A stretch of DNA of 64,000 bases, from NCBI RefSeq assembly GCF_004010195.1, contig NC_057750.1, positions 763,145 through 827,144 of the forward strand, given 5' to 3'. Source of the DNA: Chiloscyllium plagiosum. Its lineage: Eukaryota. A model generated the notes under the pieces. That model saw nothing but the letters and a program-made list of their open reading frames with translations. It did not search any database and was not told the DNA's origin. The position numbers and the translations under genes were made by a program. Positions 23,116 through 35,944 of this stretch are shown here, in pieces (position 1 is the first letter of the stretch; each line of letters opens with the position of its first letter).

Positions 23116-23681
23116 GTCATGTTATGGCTTTACAGGACATTGGTTAGGCCACTGTTGGAATATTGTGTCCAATTCTGGTCTCCTTCCTATCAGAAAGATG
23201 CTGTGAAACTTGAAAGGGTTCAGAAAATATTTCCAAAGGTGTTGCCACGGTTGGAGGATTTGAGCTATAGGGAGTTGTTGAATAGGCTAGGGCTATTTTC
23301 CCTGGAGTGTTGGCGGCTGAGGGGTGACCTTATAGAGGTTTACAAAATCAAGAGGGGCATGGATAGGATAAATAGACAAAGTCTTTTCCCTGGGGTGGGG
23401 GAGTCCAGAACTAGAGAGCATTAGTTTAGGGTGAGAGGGGAAAGATATAAAAGAGACCTAAGAGGGTGGTATGGGTATGGAATGAGCTGCCAGAGGAAGA
23501 GGTGGAGGCTGGTACAATTGCAACATTTAAAAGGCATTTGGATGGGTATACGAATAGGAAGGGTTTGGAGGGATATGGGCCGGGTGCTGGCAGGTGGGTT
23601 TAGATTGGGTTGGGATACCTGGTGGACATGGACGGGTTGGACTGAAGGGTCTGTTTCTGTGCTATACATCTCTATGACTCT
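23114..23681 (+). mobile_element. HER1/CR1 LINE 3' fragment
   Basis: [19 protein letters not shown]...RLRGDLIEVYKI; tctatgactct tail. Confidence 0.93.
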
Positions 23682-24044
23682 AATACTCTTTCTGCCTTTT
23701 ACATCTCACACTTCTTCACATTCCTTTTTTATTCATATTCATATTTTGTTTTCCTTCCTCTTTTCCACACCTGGTGGAGATTATAACCTGTCTTCCAGAA
23801 TCTACTCAGGCTTTTAAGCCAACTTCTCAGTGGACAATAGCGACCCATGTCTTTACCTGTTGTTTTTGTTTTTGCTTTCTCATTGGCTCCAGCCAGATTT
23901 CATTCACTCTTCTCAAGAGATCTTGTTTCTCCCTTCCAGTAACAGCTGCAGATCTTTCCATAGATCCTGCCCTTGTTCCTTTCAGGACTGAAGCGAAGGA
24001 TTTGTTCCATGCCTTCAGCATTGCCTTCAGACTTGATGATACGT

Positions 24045-24343
24045 ACAAGAGGGCATAATCTCAGAATAAGGGGCTGCTCATTTAAGATGGCAACGTGGAG
24101 GAATTTCTTCTCTCAGAGGGTAGGGAGCCTGTGGAATTCTTTACAGCAGAGGGCTGTCACAGCTGGGTTGGTAAGTATATTCAAAGCTGGGTGAGACATG
24201 TTTTCATTAGGAAGGGGATCAAGGGTTTGAGAGGAAAGACAGGAAGGTGAAGTTAAGGATTAGAAGATCAGCTATGATCTCATTGAATGGCAGACTTGAT
24301 GGGCTGAATGGCCTACTTCTGCTTCTAGGTTTTAAGGTCTTAA
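24045..24343 (+). mobile_element. CR1 LINE 3' end
   Basis: TRGHNLRIRGCSFK...RNFFSQRVGSLWNSL; 3'UTR ggctgaatggcctacttctgct. Confidence 0.85.
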
Positions 24344-24961
24344 GACCCACACATCCCCCATTTCCACCACAATCTTCTCCCTAATGTACTTCAGCCCAAC
24401 CTAATTAATTTCACGTGAGACGTTTTCCCCAAGTAATCCTCTGCACTGCAGACAGGAGAATGGAGCAGAATATTGATTCAGTGTCCATCTGCAGCACCTC
24501 CTGCACCCAACGTTCAGGCATTCCAGCTGTTCTACCTTCGACTCTGCCTGGTGATGGTGTGCTGGAAAGCAGAGGCTTGTTTGCTGTCTGGGGGCTTTCT
24601 GATTGATAGTAGTTTCCTGTTTGGTTTCACCTTAGTGTGTAAATTGACCAGGTCACATGAACAGTCTGGTCAGACTTATCGACCCCACGTTTTCGTTAGG
24701 GGATCAGCCTGATAGAAATTCAAGTTCATTCTCTGCTGTTTTCTTAAGTGGACTTTGGCATCCTTCCAAAATCAAAACAAAGCGTCAACACTGAACAGGA
24801 CCAGGCCATTCAGCCCCTTTAGAGCTTGTTGCAGTGAATGAGATTACAGCTGAACCTCACCCCAACTCCATCCACCTGCCACCACATTCTGTAATACCCT
24901 TTGACCATCAAAACTTGCATGACCACAGCTTTGAAATAACGACCTGAGATCTTGCAGTCAC

Positions 24962-25190
24962 TATGGTAATTGTAACAACATCAGCCGGGTAACCTCATAA
25001 AATATGATTTGGTCTGTTAATCTGGTCCAATTGGGGAGCCCCGGCTGACAGATATAAGCAGAAGGGTCAGGGGTTCTGCTCACTCTGAGAGCTGGGTCTG
25101 AGGGAGCTGGACCAGTGTATGCAAGGACTCTCCATGTGTAAGTAAAGGGGGACTTGGTGACAGGATATCGGCCTGTGTGGGGTTATTTCA
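24962..25190 (+). mobile_element. Solo LTR related to the Gypsy element at 61158
   Basis: Shares ctgttaatct..ccaat..gggagccc.ggctgacagat and the terminal gttatttca with 61158-61695; flanks gtcac / gtgac resemble a 5-bp TSD; no PBS follows. Confidence 0.8.
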
Positions 25191-25388
25191 GTGACACTTA
25201 TACCAATAGTCATGGAAAGATCGATTCCCCAAATTGTTTCTGAGCTAGGCTTTGATGTTAAGGTGGTAAAAACAATGACTGCAGATGCTGGAAACCAGAT
25301 TCTGGATTAGTGGTGCTGGAAGAGCACAGCAATTCAGGCAGCATCCGAGGACAGGCAAAATCGACGTTTCGGGCAAAAGCCCTTCATC

Positions 25389-25847
25389 NNNNNNNNNNNN
25401 NNNNNNNNNNNNNNNNNNNNNNNNNNNNNNNNNNNNNNNNNNNNNNNNNNNNNNNNNNNNNNNNNNNNNNNNNNNNNNNNNNNNNNNNNNNNNNNNNNNN
25501 NNNNNNNNNNNNNNNNNNNNNNNNNNNNNNNNNNNNNNNNNNNNNNNNNNNNNNNNNNNNNNNNNNNNNNNNNNNNNNNNNNNNNNNNNNNNNNNNNNNN
25601 NNNNNNNNNNNNNNNNNNNNNNNNNNNNNNNNNNNNNNNNNNNNNNNNNNNNNNNNNNNNNNNNNNNNNNNNNNNNNNNNNNNNNNNNNNNNNNNNNNNN
25701 NNNNNNNNNNNNNNNNNNNNNNNNNNNNNNNNNNNNNNNNNNNNNNNNNNNNNNNNNNNNNNNNNNNNNNNNNNNNNNNNNNNNNNNNNNNNNNNNNNNN
25801 NNNNNNNNNNNNNNNNNNNNNNNNNNNNNNNNNNNNNNNNNNNNNNN
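25389..25847. other. Assembly gap (459 N)
   Basis: Run of n. Confidence 1.
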
Positions 25848-26264
25848 CCTCCAGACCGTTCATGTCCAGCCTCCTCACTGATTTTGTCCAGCCTCCAAAC
25901 CGTTCATGTCCAGCCTCCTCACTGTTCATGTCGAGCCTCCAGACCGTTCATGTCGAGCCTCCAGACCGTTCATGTCGAGCCTCCAGACCGTTCATGTCCA
26001 GCCTTCAGACCGTTAATGTCCAGCCTCCTCACTGTTCATGTCCAGCCTCCAGACCGTTCATGTCCAGTCTCCAGACCGTTCATGTTCAGCCTCCTCACGT
26101 TCATGTCCAGCCTCCAGACCGTTCATGTCCAGTCTCCAGACCGTTCATGTCCAGCCTCCTCACCGTTCATGTCCAGCCTCCTCACGTTCATGTCCAGCCT
26201 CCAGACCGTTCATGTCCAGCCTCCAGACCGTTCATGTCCAGCCTCCTCACCGTTCATGTCCAGC
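25848..26264. repeat. 22-bp minisatellite, ~19 visible units of two main types
   Basis: cctccagaccgttcatgtccag and cctcctcac(c/t)gttcatgtccag. Confidence 0.95.
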
Positions 26265-26770
26265 TTTTATTCCTGATGAAGGGCTTTTGCCCAAAATGTC
26301 GATTTTGCTCTTTGATGTTAAGGTTCTGTGTTAACCCATCAATTCCTTTCAAATGCCTTAAAATCTTAATCAAAATGCTACCTGATCTCCCAAATGTATG
26401 TGCTCTCTCCTCAGTAGCTAGTCTGAATGCAGCCACATGAGCGTACAAATTAACAGCAGGGATGCACCATCTGACCCCTTGACTGTGCTCCACCATTTCA
26501 TTAGTTCTGCTCTGTTTGTGTCGAATTTCGACATTCCCTTCTAAACCCAATTATCTTTGATGCCCCCGTCTCACAAAAATCTACTTACTCTTGCCTTTTC
26601 GATATACAAAGACCCCATCACTGTCCACTTTCTGAGGCAGAGAATTCGAAGGTCACACAAGGACAGAGAAAAAAAAATCTTCTCCCTTTTCTCAAAGAAC
26701 AGAGTCCAGTAACTTTCGGCTGAATCTGCACCGGAGAGTTTTCAAGGCCACCATAATCTGGCCTGTCGAG

Positions 26771-26999
26771 TCACCACAGTCCCAGAGGTGCATGGGGCTG
26801 CTCTCCCAGTACACAGAGAGAGACACAGAGAGATGACTGGTGGTGGTTTAACCTGAGGGTCACCATGCCTCAGGCAGGAGGAGACATTGAGAAGGAGAGT
26901 TATTCACGATAACTTAAGCCAGTGCAGGAATTGAACCCACACTATTGGCGTCATGCTGCAATAAAAGCCAGCCATCCAGCCAACTGAGCTAAACAACCA
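26771..26999 (-). mobile_element. tRNA-derived SINE distinct from HE1
   Basis: Reverse complement has A box tagctcagttgg, B box gggttcaattcc and core cctgaggcatggtgaccctcaggttaaaccaccaccagtca. Confidence 0.8.
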
Positions 27000-27485
27000 A
27001 CAAAAGCTGTACTCATGGCTCAACTAAGGGCCAGATGCTTTTATGCACAAGTCTGGGTGGTGACTGTGGCCACTCTGGCAGATCCTGTCCCCATCCCAGG
27101 CTCGTTTTTGTCTTCCCTGCCGGTAGATGATTGGTAACTGATGAAAGCAGGCGATCACCATGACCTGCGCTCCGCTGAGCTGAGACTATTACAGACCAGG
27201 AGCCAGCTCTGGGACTGAGTGACTTACACTTCTCAACATGTACAAAGGGAGAGAGCACATTCACCAGGCTTCAAGCCAATGCTTGCAGCTTTGTTTGTTG
27301 CTGATCGAACACATTCCTGCCTTGCTGGAGATCAGCTGCTGCACGCCTCCAAGGATCATGTTTGCAACTTACTACAGAAAAACAGCCAAGCCAGCAGCTC
27401 CTCAAAGCACTGCGTGGCAGCAATAGACCACCACACTCACTCTGTGACAGTACATTAAATATCAGTGAGAGCAATTAGTACAAGA

Positions 27486-27945
27486 GGATGGCACAGTGGC
27501 TCAGTGGTTAGTACTACTGCCTCACAGCACCAGGCTCCCAGGTTCAATTCCACCCTTGGGCAACTGATGTGTAGAGTTTGCACATTCTCCCTGTGTCTGC
27601 GTGGGTTTCCTCCCACAATCCAAAGATGTGCATGTTAGGATGGATTGGTCATGATAAATTGCCCATAGTGTCCAGGGATGTGCAGGTTAGATGGGTTAAG
27701 AGTATGTTGCTGGAAAAGCACAGCAGGTCAGGCAGCATCTGAGGAGCAGGAAAATTGACATCTTGGGCAAAAGCCCTTCATGATGACTCTTGACTTTAAT
27801 CTGCAGTCTTCACTTTCACTTAGATTAAGTGGATTAGCCATGGGAAATACAGGGTAGGGGGATTGTGTCTGGATAGGATGTTCTTTGGAGGGTCAGTGTG
27901 GACTCGATGGGCTGATTGGCCTGCTTCCACACTTGTAGGAGTTCC
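27486..27945 (+). mobile_element. HE1-like SINE with PLE fold-back insert at ~27699-27820
   Basis: tggcacagtggctcagtggttag head; internal gatgtgca repeats at 27625 and 27677; insert gctggaaaagcacagcaggtcaggcagcatc...gggcaaaagcccttcat. Confidence 0.9.
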
Positions 27946-28544
27946 AAGTTGAAAAACAAATCAGCTCCAACTAAGTTCAGAACAAGCTGAAGTGTCATAC
28001 ATCACAAAGCTTAACATCATTTTAAATTAGCTCACAATTCCATTTAGTTTTTGCCAGGTACAGTGTTGGCTTCATCTTTTAACTGTCCTCAGACATTGTG
28101 CATCCAGAGGCAGAAGCAAGTGTAAGGGGTCAGGCTGCTGAAGTTGAACTTGTGTCTCTGGGTTCAGAGGCTTGAGGCATGTTCCCCACTTACACCCCCC
28201 CTCCGTCTGTTTGTCTGACTGGACCTGGATCGCTAATGAGGAGTGATCGTATACATTTAGCTTCATATTCCCTGGAGTAAAGGAGATTAGATGGTGTTTT
28301 GTTTAAGATTTTAGGATTTCAAAAGGAATTGATTGATGAATTGATACTTAACATCAAAGCCTGGTCTGGAGAGGTATTTAGGGAATAGATCTTTACATGA
28401 TAGATGGGAGAAGTGTGACCTCAAAAGCTTAATTCATCATTTCAAAACTGAAATAGCTGGTCGCTGGGTATTGCAGAATATATACAGGTTGGTGGCCTGG
28501 ATGGAGTTAGGGTAGAGGTCAGGTGTACTTTCATTCAGCATGCC

Positions 28545-29139
28545 CCATGTTGTGGCTGGACAGGACGTTGATTAGTCTACTTTTGGAATGCTGCATGCAA
28601 TTCTGTTCTCCCTGCTATAGGAAGGATGTTGTGAACCTTGAAAGGGTGAAGAAACAATTTACAAGGATGTTGCCAGGTTTGGAGGATTTGAGCTACAGGG
28701 AGAGGCTGAACAGTCTGGGGCTGTTTTCCCTGGAGCATCGGAGGCTGAGGGGTGACCTTATAGAGGTTTATAAAATCATGAGGGGGCTTGGATAGGATAA
28801 ACAGTCAAAGTGCTTTCCTCAGGGTAGAGGAGTCTGAAACTAGAGGGAATAGGTTTAGGGTGAGAGAGGAAAGATTTAAAAGCGACCTAAGGAGCAACAT
28901 TTTCACACAGAGGCTGGTACGTGTATGGAATGAGCTGCCAAATGAAGTGGTGGAGGCTGGTACAATTACAACATTTAAAAGGCATCTAGATAGGTATATG
29001 AATAGGAAGGGTTTGGAGGGATATGGGCCAGGTGCTGTCAAATGAGACAAGATTAATTTGGGATAGCTGGTCAGCATGGACGAGTTGGGCCGAGAGATCT
29101 GCTTCCATGGTGTATAGCTGCACGACTCTATGACTCTAT
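28545..29139 (+). mobile_element. HER1/CR1 LINE 3' fragment
   Basis: RKDVVNLERV...RRLRGDLIEVYKIMRG; ETRGNRFRVR...VWNELP; gactctatgactcta tail. Confidence 0.93.
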
Positions 29140-30503
29140 ATCTTGCTTCACTCTCCAATGGACAAGGCATTAAGACCATAAGATATAGGAGCAGAATTAG
29201 GCCATTCAGCACTTTTAGTCTATTCCACCATTCAATCATGGCTGGTATCAGGAGACAGGAGTCAAAGGGTGAGGCTAATAGTCCAGAGGTATCAGCTCGT
29301 TGATGGAACAGAGGCTCAGAGATCCAGGTCTCCTGACTACACTAATGTAGTTGGCACTGTGAATGGTGGGACATGCAAAGGAACATTGAAATAATTGGGA
29401 AAACCCATAGTTATTGGAGATCAACATGGTAGAATCTGAGCTTTCCTCCATACAGACCAGACCAGACCAGATGCCCACGATGTTTGTGGAACCAAGATGG
29501 AGCAATGGATCTGAAATGCAGATCATCCATGATCTAATTTAATTGCAGAACAGGCTTGAAGGTTGAAATGATCTCCCCCACCCTATCCCTTCCCTATGTG
29601 TTCACAGTGTGGAGTCATTCTACAATAGGTCTGTTATTTCCAAACTGAGACCAGTCCCAGAGTAAGGAGTGTGTGTTCAACCTGGAGTCACTTCCAGTAA
29701 GAGTCATTGCTTCCTGCTTCAGAGGAAACAAATCCCTCCCAAAAACCAGAGAAGAGAGTAGTCTAGTTAAAAATGATAAATGAGACTTTTAATCCACAAT
29801 TATTTAATCACTTTCATCCTTAAAGGGTGGTCCATAATGACTCAGTCTAAGCTGTCTGAAGATTGGAGCAATAGCCCAAACATTTGAGAAAGATTGGTCC
29901 ATTCAAAATCAGTGTCATTCTAAATAACATGCTCTTGGTTTAAACTGTGAATGCATTAGAAGCTGGGTTACTGGTATCCATTGAACTGACTGGCTACCTC
30001 CAGGGCAGAAGTTCCTGTTGGACTGATGCATTTAAAGAATATAACTGCAATGAACACTCCGCTGTATGTTTAGAGCAGGCGAGGGACAGTGTGCTAATTG
30101 CAGCACTGAGAGTAGGTAAGTATTTTAATTAGCCAGAGGGCCATCGCTCTCTGATTAAACATGTTGCAACATTAATTCCAGCCATTACTCAGTGACACGA
30201 CAGAGTTGATGTGAAAGGTCAGGTCTCTTGTTTAGACACTGAATGTGAGGCAGGGACAAGGGATTGAGCCTTCAATTTCCTACAGTACACAGAAAATAAA
30301 TGCTTATCGACCTGGAGAGGCAGCACTGGCTCAAGTAGAGAGCCAATAGGGGTTCGCATCCCAATACTCAGTCTGCACCAACATTGTCAGCAAGGATTTT
30401 TAATGAGTCATAATTTTTAAAAATTGCTTAAAATAAAAACCAGGTGGCATTGGACGAAAACGTCAGTATTTCTAAAATTCGTAAGTATCTCTGTTGGAAA
30501 GCA

Positions 30504-30650
30504 AAACAGAAATAACTGCGGATGCTGGAAATCAGAAACAAAAACAGAAATTGCTGGAAAAGCTCAGTAATGTTTGGGTTGTGAACTCTGATCTCTCTCC
30601 ACAGATGCTGCCAGACCTGCAGAGCTTTTCCAGCAATTTCTGTTTTTGTT
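30504..30650. mobile_element. PLE fold-back mini-element (subfamily D)
   Basis: aaacaaaaacagaaattgctggaaaagctc / gagcttttccagcaatttctgtttttgttt; 14-bp TSD tctgttggaaagca at 30490-30503 and 30651-30664. Confidence 0.8.
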
Positions 30651-30704
30651 TCTGTTGGAAAGCATATTTGGACATAGGATAAATAAAATCCATATGTCAA
30701 AAAA

Positions 30705-30943
30705 GAGTCAACTTTCTCATGCAGAGGGTGGTGCAAGTATGGAATGAGCTGTCAAAGGAGGTGTTGGAGGCTGCTACATTAAAATATTCAAAAGGCATCT
30801 AGATGGGTACATGATTAGGAAAGGTTTAGAGAGATATGGGCCCAATACTGGCAAATGGGACTAGATTAATTTAGGATATTTGGTTGGCATGGATGAGTTG
30901 GACCAAAGAGTCTGTTTCCATACTGTACATCTCCATGACACTA
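30705..30943 (+). mobile_element. HER1/CR1 3' end
   Basis: gcagagggtggtgcaagtatggaatgagctg...ctgtacatctccatgac. Confidence 0.88.
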
Positions 30944-31665
30944 AATGTATGCATTGCTATGCCCACAATGCATGAAGTAAGGTCCTAAATTGGTTTCAAA
31001 AACTATATTTTTTCTCAATTTCGACTTAAAATGGTTGTTAGTGACCACAACACGTACAAGATGGTTAGGGTGTAGAAGTTTCCAGAAACTCCCCATTTAC
31101 AATTCATCGCATTGGGGGAAGTTCACATGCAAAATTGAAAGTGGACTGCAATGACAGTGAAATAATATGGGCACACGGGTCCCATCACTGCACCTGAACA
31201 GATAACAAAAGAAAAGGCAATGAACCTGGTTATGCCTGAAGTGGCGCTAACAGCCTCAGTAATCTCCTACAACACGTTACCAGAGACATCGAAACTACTT
31301 TGTTAGGTTGAAACTGACAGATTCAGGCATGTTGTCATAGGAATTAAACTTCTGTTTTTTGAATAATTAATTATGCACTGCTAAATCTACTTTGAGTATC
31401 AAGGCAGAGAACAACAAGCATTACTTTAGGATCAAATAAAGCCTGTGGATAATCTCAACTAATCTCAAAACATGATTTCTGGGAAGAATCTTGCACTTAT
31501 CTGAGAAATGAACAAATTTCCAGCCTACAAGAATCCTATTGTATAGTTTTGACTGTATCCACTTGCACCTGAGCTTCTACAAATGGGATTCTGTCAGAGA
31601 ATACAACTGTAAGAACTTTCTTAGTCACTAACTTTCTAGATTTAGCTAACCAATCGTGTCTTTAA

Positions 31666-31952
31666 TAGATAGATAGAAGAATACAGTGCAGTACAGGCCC
31701 TTTGGCCCTCGATGTTGCGCCGATCCAAGCCCACCTAACCTAACACTGAACACAGAGAACAGTGAACACAGAGTGAACAAAGAGAAGGGTGAACACAGAG
31801 TGAACACTGAGTACAGTGAACACACAGAAACCTCCTCTGGTAAACCTCCTCTGCACCCGTTCCAGTGCCTCCACATCCTTTCTATAGTATGGCGACCAAA
31901 ACTGCACACAATATTCCAGATGCGGCCGCACCAGAGTCTTATACAACTGCAA
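31666..31952 (-). mobile_element. CR1 fragment with internal deletion and repetitive filler
   Basis: [38 protein letters not shown] joined via (gtgaacacagag)-type filler to the 3' tail. Confidence 0.88.
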
Positions 31953-32102
31953 TGTTCATACTATTTGAGTTTTGAACTACTCCGAATTGTAGATTCTTTC
32001 CCTTCCTTCTTTATTCTTTGTGTCTGTGTGTAAGAATGTGTTGTGAAAATCATTCCCCCGTTTAATCTATAAATACACTGTACTTTTGTTTTAAACAGAA
32101 TT

Positions 32103-32600
32103 GTCATAGAGTCATAGAGTCACACAGCATGGAAAAAGTCCCTTCAGCCCAACCAGTGCACGCCAAACACTATCCTAAACTAAACTAGTCCCACCTACCT
32201 GCTCCTGGCCCATATCCTTCTAAACCTTTCCTGGTCATGTAGTTATCCAACATCTTTTAAATGTTGTAATTGTACCCACATCCCCTTCTTCCTCAGGAAG
32301 TTCATTTCACACGTGAACCACCCTCTGTGTAAAATGTTTGCGCCACACCTCTTTTTTAAATCTGTCTCCTTTCACTTTAAAAATGTACCTCCTAGTCTTA
32401 AAGTTCCCCATCCTTGGGAAAAGACAACTACCCATTAATTATATCTGTACCCCTTGTGATTTTATAAACCTCTCAACCTCCTACACCCTAGTGAAAAAGT
32501 CCCAGTTTATCAACCTTTCTTTATAACTCAAAGCTTCCATACTTGGCAACATCCTTGTAAATCTGCTCTGAACCGTCTCTAGCCGGATAATATCCCTCCT
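32103..32600 (-). mobile_element. CR1 3' fragment
   Basis: gtcatagagtcatagagtca tail; accaccctctgtgtaaaa and aacatccttgtaaatct ORF2 motifs. Confidence 0.88.
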
Positions 32601-33280
32601 CTCATTGGGCCATTTAAACATTGTATGTCACAAACAAAGGGCTCAGGGGAGGAGTGGGGGAGGACAGGTGGAGGAACATACTATTTCCAAAAGAAACAAA
32701 GGGAAAAGGAATAAAGGAAGAATATTAAAATCACCTGTATATGGAGAGAAGAGGAAATCAATAAAATCACTTGATGCACCTTCCCCTCTAAGCTGTGCCT
32801 ATATCAGTAGGAAAAAAAACAGCATTAAAATAGAACTTGTTCTGAATTATCATTTTGTAACTGTAATTTTGCTAGTCATTAAGATAAAAGGTAACTTAAG
32901 ATCCTAAAATTAAGACTAATCTCTTTTCAGCTATTGATTCTCCTGATAGAACTTAGCCTTTAATAGCACACTCAGCATAATTTATCATCACAGTTACATT
33001 ACAAACAATAACGATCACAGCCATAAAACCTACTTCTCAAATCAAAGCATTATTTATAACTACAGTGTAGCTATTCCACTCAAACACATTTATTTAGAGT
33101 ACGATGATGGTTTTTGTTAAAATAATCATTTCAAGCCATAAAGTGCAGCACCTTTTATCTCCACAATAAAAAAAAAGCTCTTAATATTCGTGACTTAATT
33201 TTTTTTAGGTTCCTGTCATGTTAATATGATCCAAATGGGAACAGCTGGGAACTGCACATAGGATGGTAAAGGGCTGGGAG

Positions 33281-33600
33281 GTTTTTTTTAATTCACTCAC
33301 AGGATGTGTGCGTCACTGGCTAGACCAGCGATTATTGCCCAGAGGGCAGTTAAGAGTCATCCACACCGCTGTGGATCTGGAGTCACATGTAGGTCAGACC
33401 AGGTAAGGATGGTAATTTCCTTCCCTATAGGACATTAGTGAACCAGATGGGGTTTCCCAACAATCAGCCACAGATTCATGGTCATCATTAGACTCCATTG
33501 AATTGAAATTCCACCTTCTGCTGCAGTGGAATTTGAGCCTGGGTCCTTCAGGGCATTCCCTCAGTCTATGGCGATAATGCCACAGAGGCATTGGCTCCCC
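33281..33600 (-). mobile_element. MER131-like tRNA-derived SINE
   Basis: ctggagtcacatgtagg..agaccaggtaaggatgg..atttccttccct..aggacattagtgaaccagatggg; same family as 36598-36955. Confidence 0.7.
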
Positions 33601-34244
33601 CAGAAACCCTGAAGCAATGGGTCACTGGTACAGACCCAATCACATGAGTCACATGGACAATTTACCAGTAAATGAGCTACACTCTGGAAATTACTCCACA
33701 GAGTCAGTGTCTTCAAGAAAGGACACTGGAGGAAGAAAAGAGTTGGTACACGGTGACCTCTACCCTTCAATTGCTTTGTAATAATATCTGTGTTGAACAC
33801 AGATTTGTACCGCCTCATTTTGCAGTCAGATTGAATCTTTTTTTATTAGGAATTCATGTATTAATGTAATTTAAGTATCAAAGTCCTGTCACACAGTGGA
33901 AAGCTTTTCTTGTCTTGAAATAGAAAGTGTTGATTAATGCACAAGATTCTTGTCAGAGTCTTCCTGTTATATGCACAGGATTATTTTCCACTCTCTTCAT
34001 GATTGTGGAGTGACATTTCCGATGAACAAGCAGCTCTCTGATGTAACACAAATGATTACCAATTTGTGAATGTCTGGAATGCCAAGAGTCATCCTGCCCT
34101 GATCTGAACTCTGTACACTCACCCTCCCCACCAAGAATCTACTCCCTTCAGCAACACATTCAGTAACTCCAAGTGAGATCTTTCCATTCTTGCCCAGGGC
34201 TATCTGTACATGTAACATTGCCCAAGAATCTGCTAACTCAGTGA

Positions 34245-35575
34245 CGCATGGTGTGTACAAGATACACTGCAACAACTCACCAAGGCTCCTTAGACAGCAC
34301 CTCCCAAATCCACACCCATAAAACATAGAACATCACAGCGCGGTAGAGGCCCTTCAGCTCTTGATGTTGCGCCAACCTGTGAAACCAATCTGAAGCCCAT
34401 CTATCCTACACTATTCCATTGTCATCCATATGTTTATCCAATGACCATTTAAATACCCTTCAAGTTGGTGAACCTACTACTGATGCAGGCAGGGTGTTCA
34501 TGCTCCTACTATTCTCTGAGTAAAGAAACTCTGACATCTGTCCTATATCTATCACACCTCAGTTTAAAGCTATATCCGCTCAAGCTAGCCATCACCATCT
34601 GAGGAAAAAGGCTCTCACTAGCCACCCTATCTAACCCTCTGAATATCTTATATGTCTCAATTAAGTTATCTCACAACCTTTTTCTCTCTAATGAAAGCAG
34701 CCTCAAGTCCCTTAGCCTTTCCCCGTAAGACCTTCCCTCCATACCAGGCAACATCCTAGTAAATCTCCTCTGAATCCTTTCCAAAGCTTCCACATCCTTC
34801 CTGTAATGCAGTGACCAGAACTGTACGCAATACTCCAAGTGCAGCCGCACCAGAGTTTTGTACAGCTGCAGCATGACCTCATGGTTCTGAAATTCAATCC
34901 CTCTACCAATAAAAGCTAACACACCATATACCTTCTTAACAATCCTACCAACCTGGGAGGCAACTTTCAGGGATCTATGTACCTGGATACGGAGATCTCT
35001 CTGCTCATCTACACTACCAAGAATCTTACCATTAGCCCGGTACTCTGCATTCCTGTTACTCCTTCCAAAGTGAATCACTTCGCACTTTTCTGCATTAAAC
35101 TCCACTTACCAGCTCTCAGTCCAGCTCTGCAGCTTACCTATGTCCCTCTGTAACCTACAACATCCTTCAACACTATCTACAACTCTACTGACCTTAGTGT
35201 CATCCACACATTTACTAATCCATCCTTCTACACCCTCATCTGGGTCCTTTATAAAATGACAAACAGCAATGGCCCCAGAACAGATCTTTGCAGTACACCA
35301 CTAGTAACAGAACCACTTCCATCTGGAACAAAAGGGCAGCAGATACATGGGAACACCACTCCCTAAAAGTTCCCCTCCAAGACACTCACCATCCTGAGTT
35401 GGAAAAGTATTGCTCCTTCTTCAGTGTTGTTGGGTGAAAATCCTCGAACTCCCTCGCTAACTAAAGCTGATGGACTGCAGCTGTTCAAGAAGGCAGCTCA
35501 CCACCTTCTCCTGAGCAACTAGGGATGGGCAATAAATACTGGCATTGCCCACATCTTGCCAATGAATAAATAAAT
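34245..35575 (+). mobile_element. LINE family B 3' end split by a CR1 insertion
   Basis: cactgcaacaactcaccaaggctccttagacagcacc (34265-34300) continues as ccacttccatctggaac...caactagggatgggcaataaat (35313-35575). Confidence 0.8.
34319..35307 (-). mobile_element. CR1 LINE 3' ~1 kb
   Basis: MEFNAEKCEVIHFG...[18 protein letters not shown]; tail aacatagaacat. Confidence 0.94.
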
Positions 35576-35944
35576 GAAGAAAACACATTGGTCATTAGAA
35601 ATGTTTACAAGGATGGAATGGAAGAATTCCAGGAGTATTATCAATAACCCTGAGTAATCATAGAATTATAGACGCAAGAAGACCATTCGGCCCATCATAT
35701 CTGTGCTGTGCCTGAACACACAACCCAGTTAATACCACCCCTGTTTTCCCACTGCCTTGCCATTTTCTCCCCTTCAAATATTTATCTAATGACTTTTGGA
35801 AAATTCCTACTGAATCTGCTTTCACCACAATCCCAGTTCGGAATAGTGAGAAGTCATGTTAAATGTGAAAATTAACTCTCTCTCCATCGGTACTGCCAGA
35901 CTTGTGGGGGTTTTAAATATTTTCTTTTTTTTTATCTTAGAGTA

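Larger units (their letters stand above)
25265..26309. mobile_element. PLE fold-back insertion enclosing an assembly gap and a minisatellite
   Basis: Left arm 25265-25388 (minus) and right arm ~26268-26309 (plus), each with a hammerhead motif; 15-bp TSD ctttgatgttaaggt at 25250-25264 and 26310-26324. Confidence 0.85.

Noticed and set aside
25285..26440. ORFs across the N run and the 22-bp repeat
   Set aside because: Artefacts of the gap and the tandem repeat
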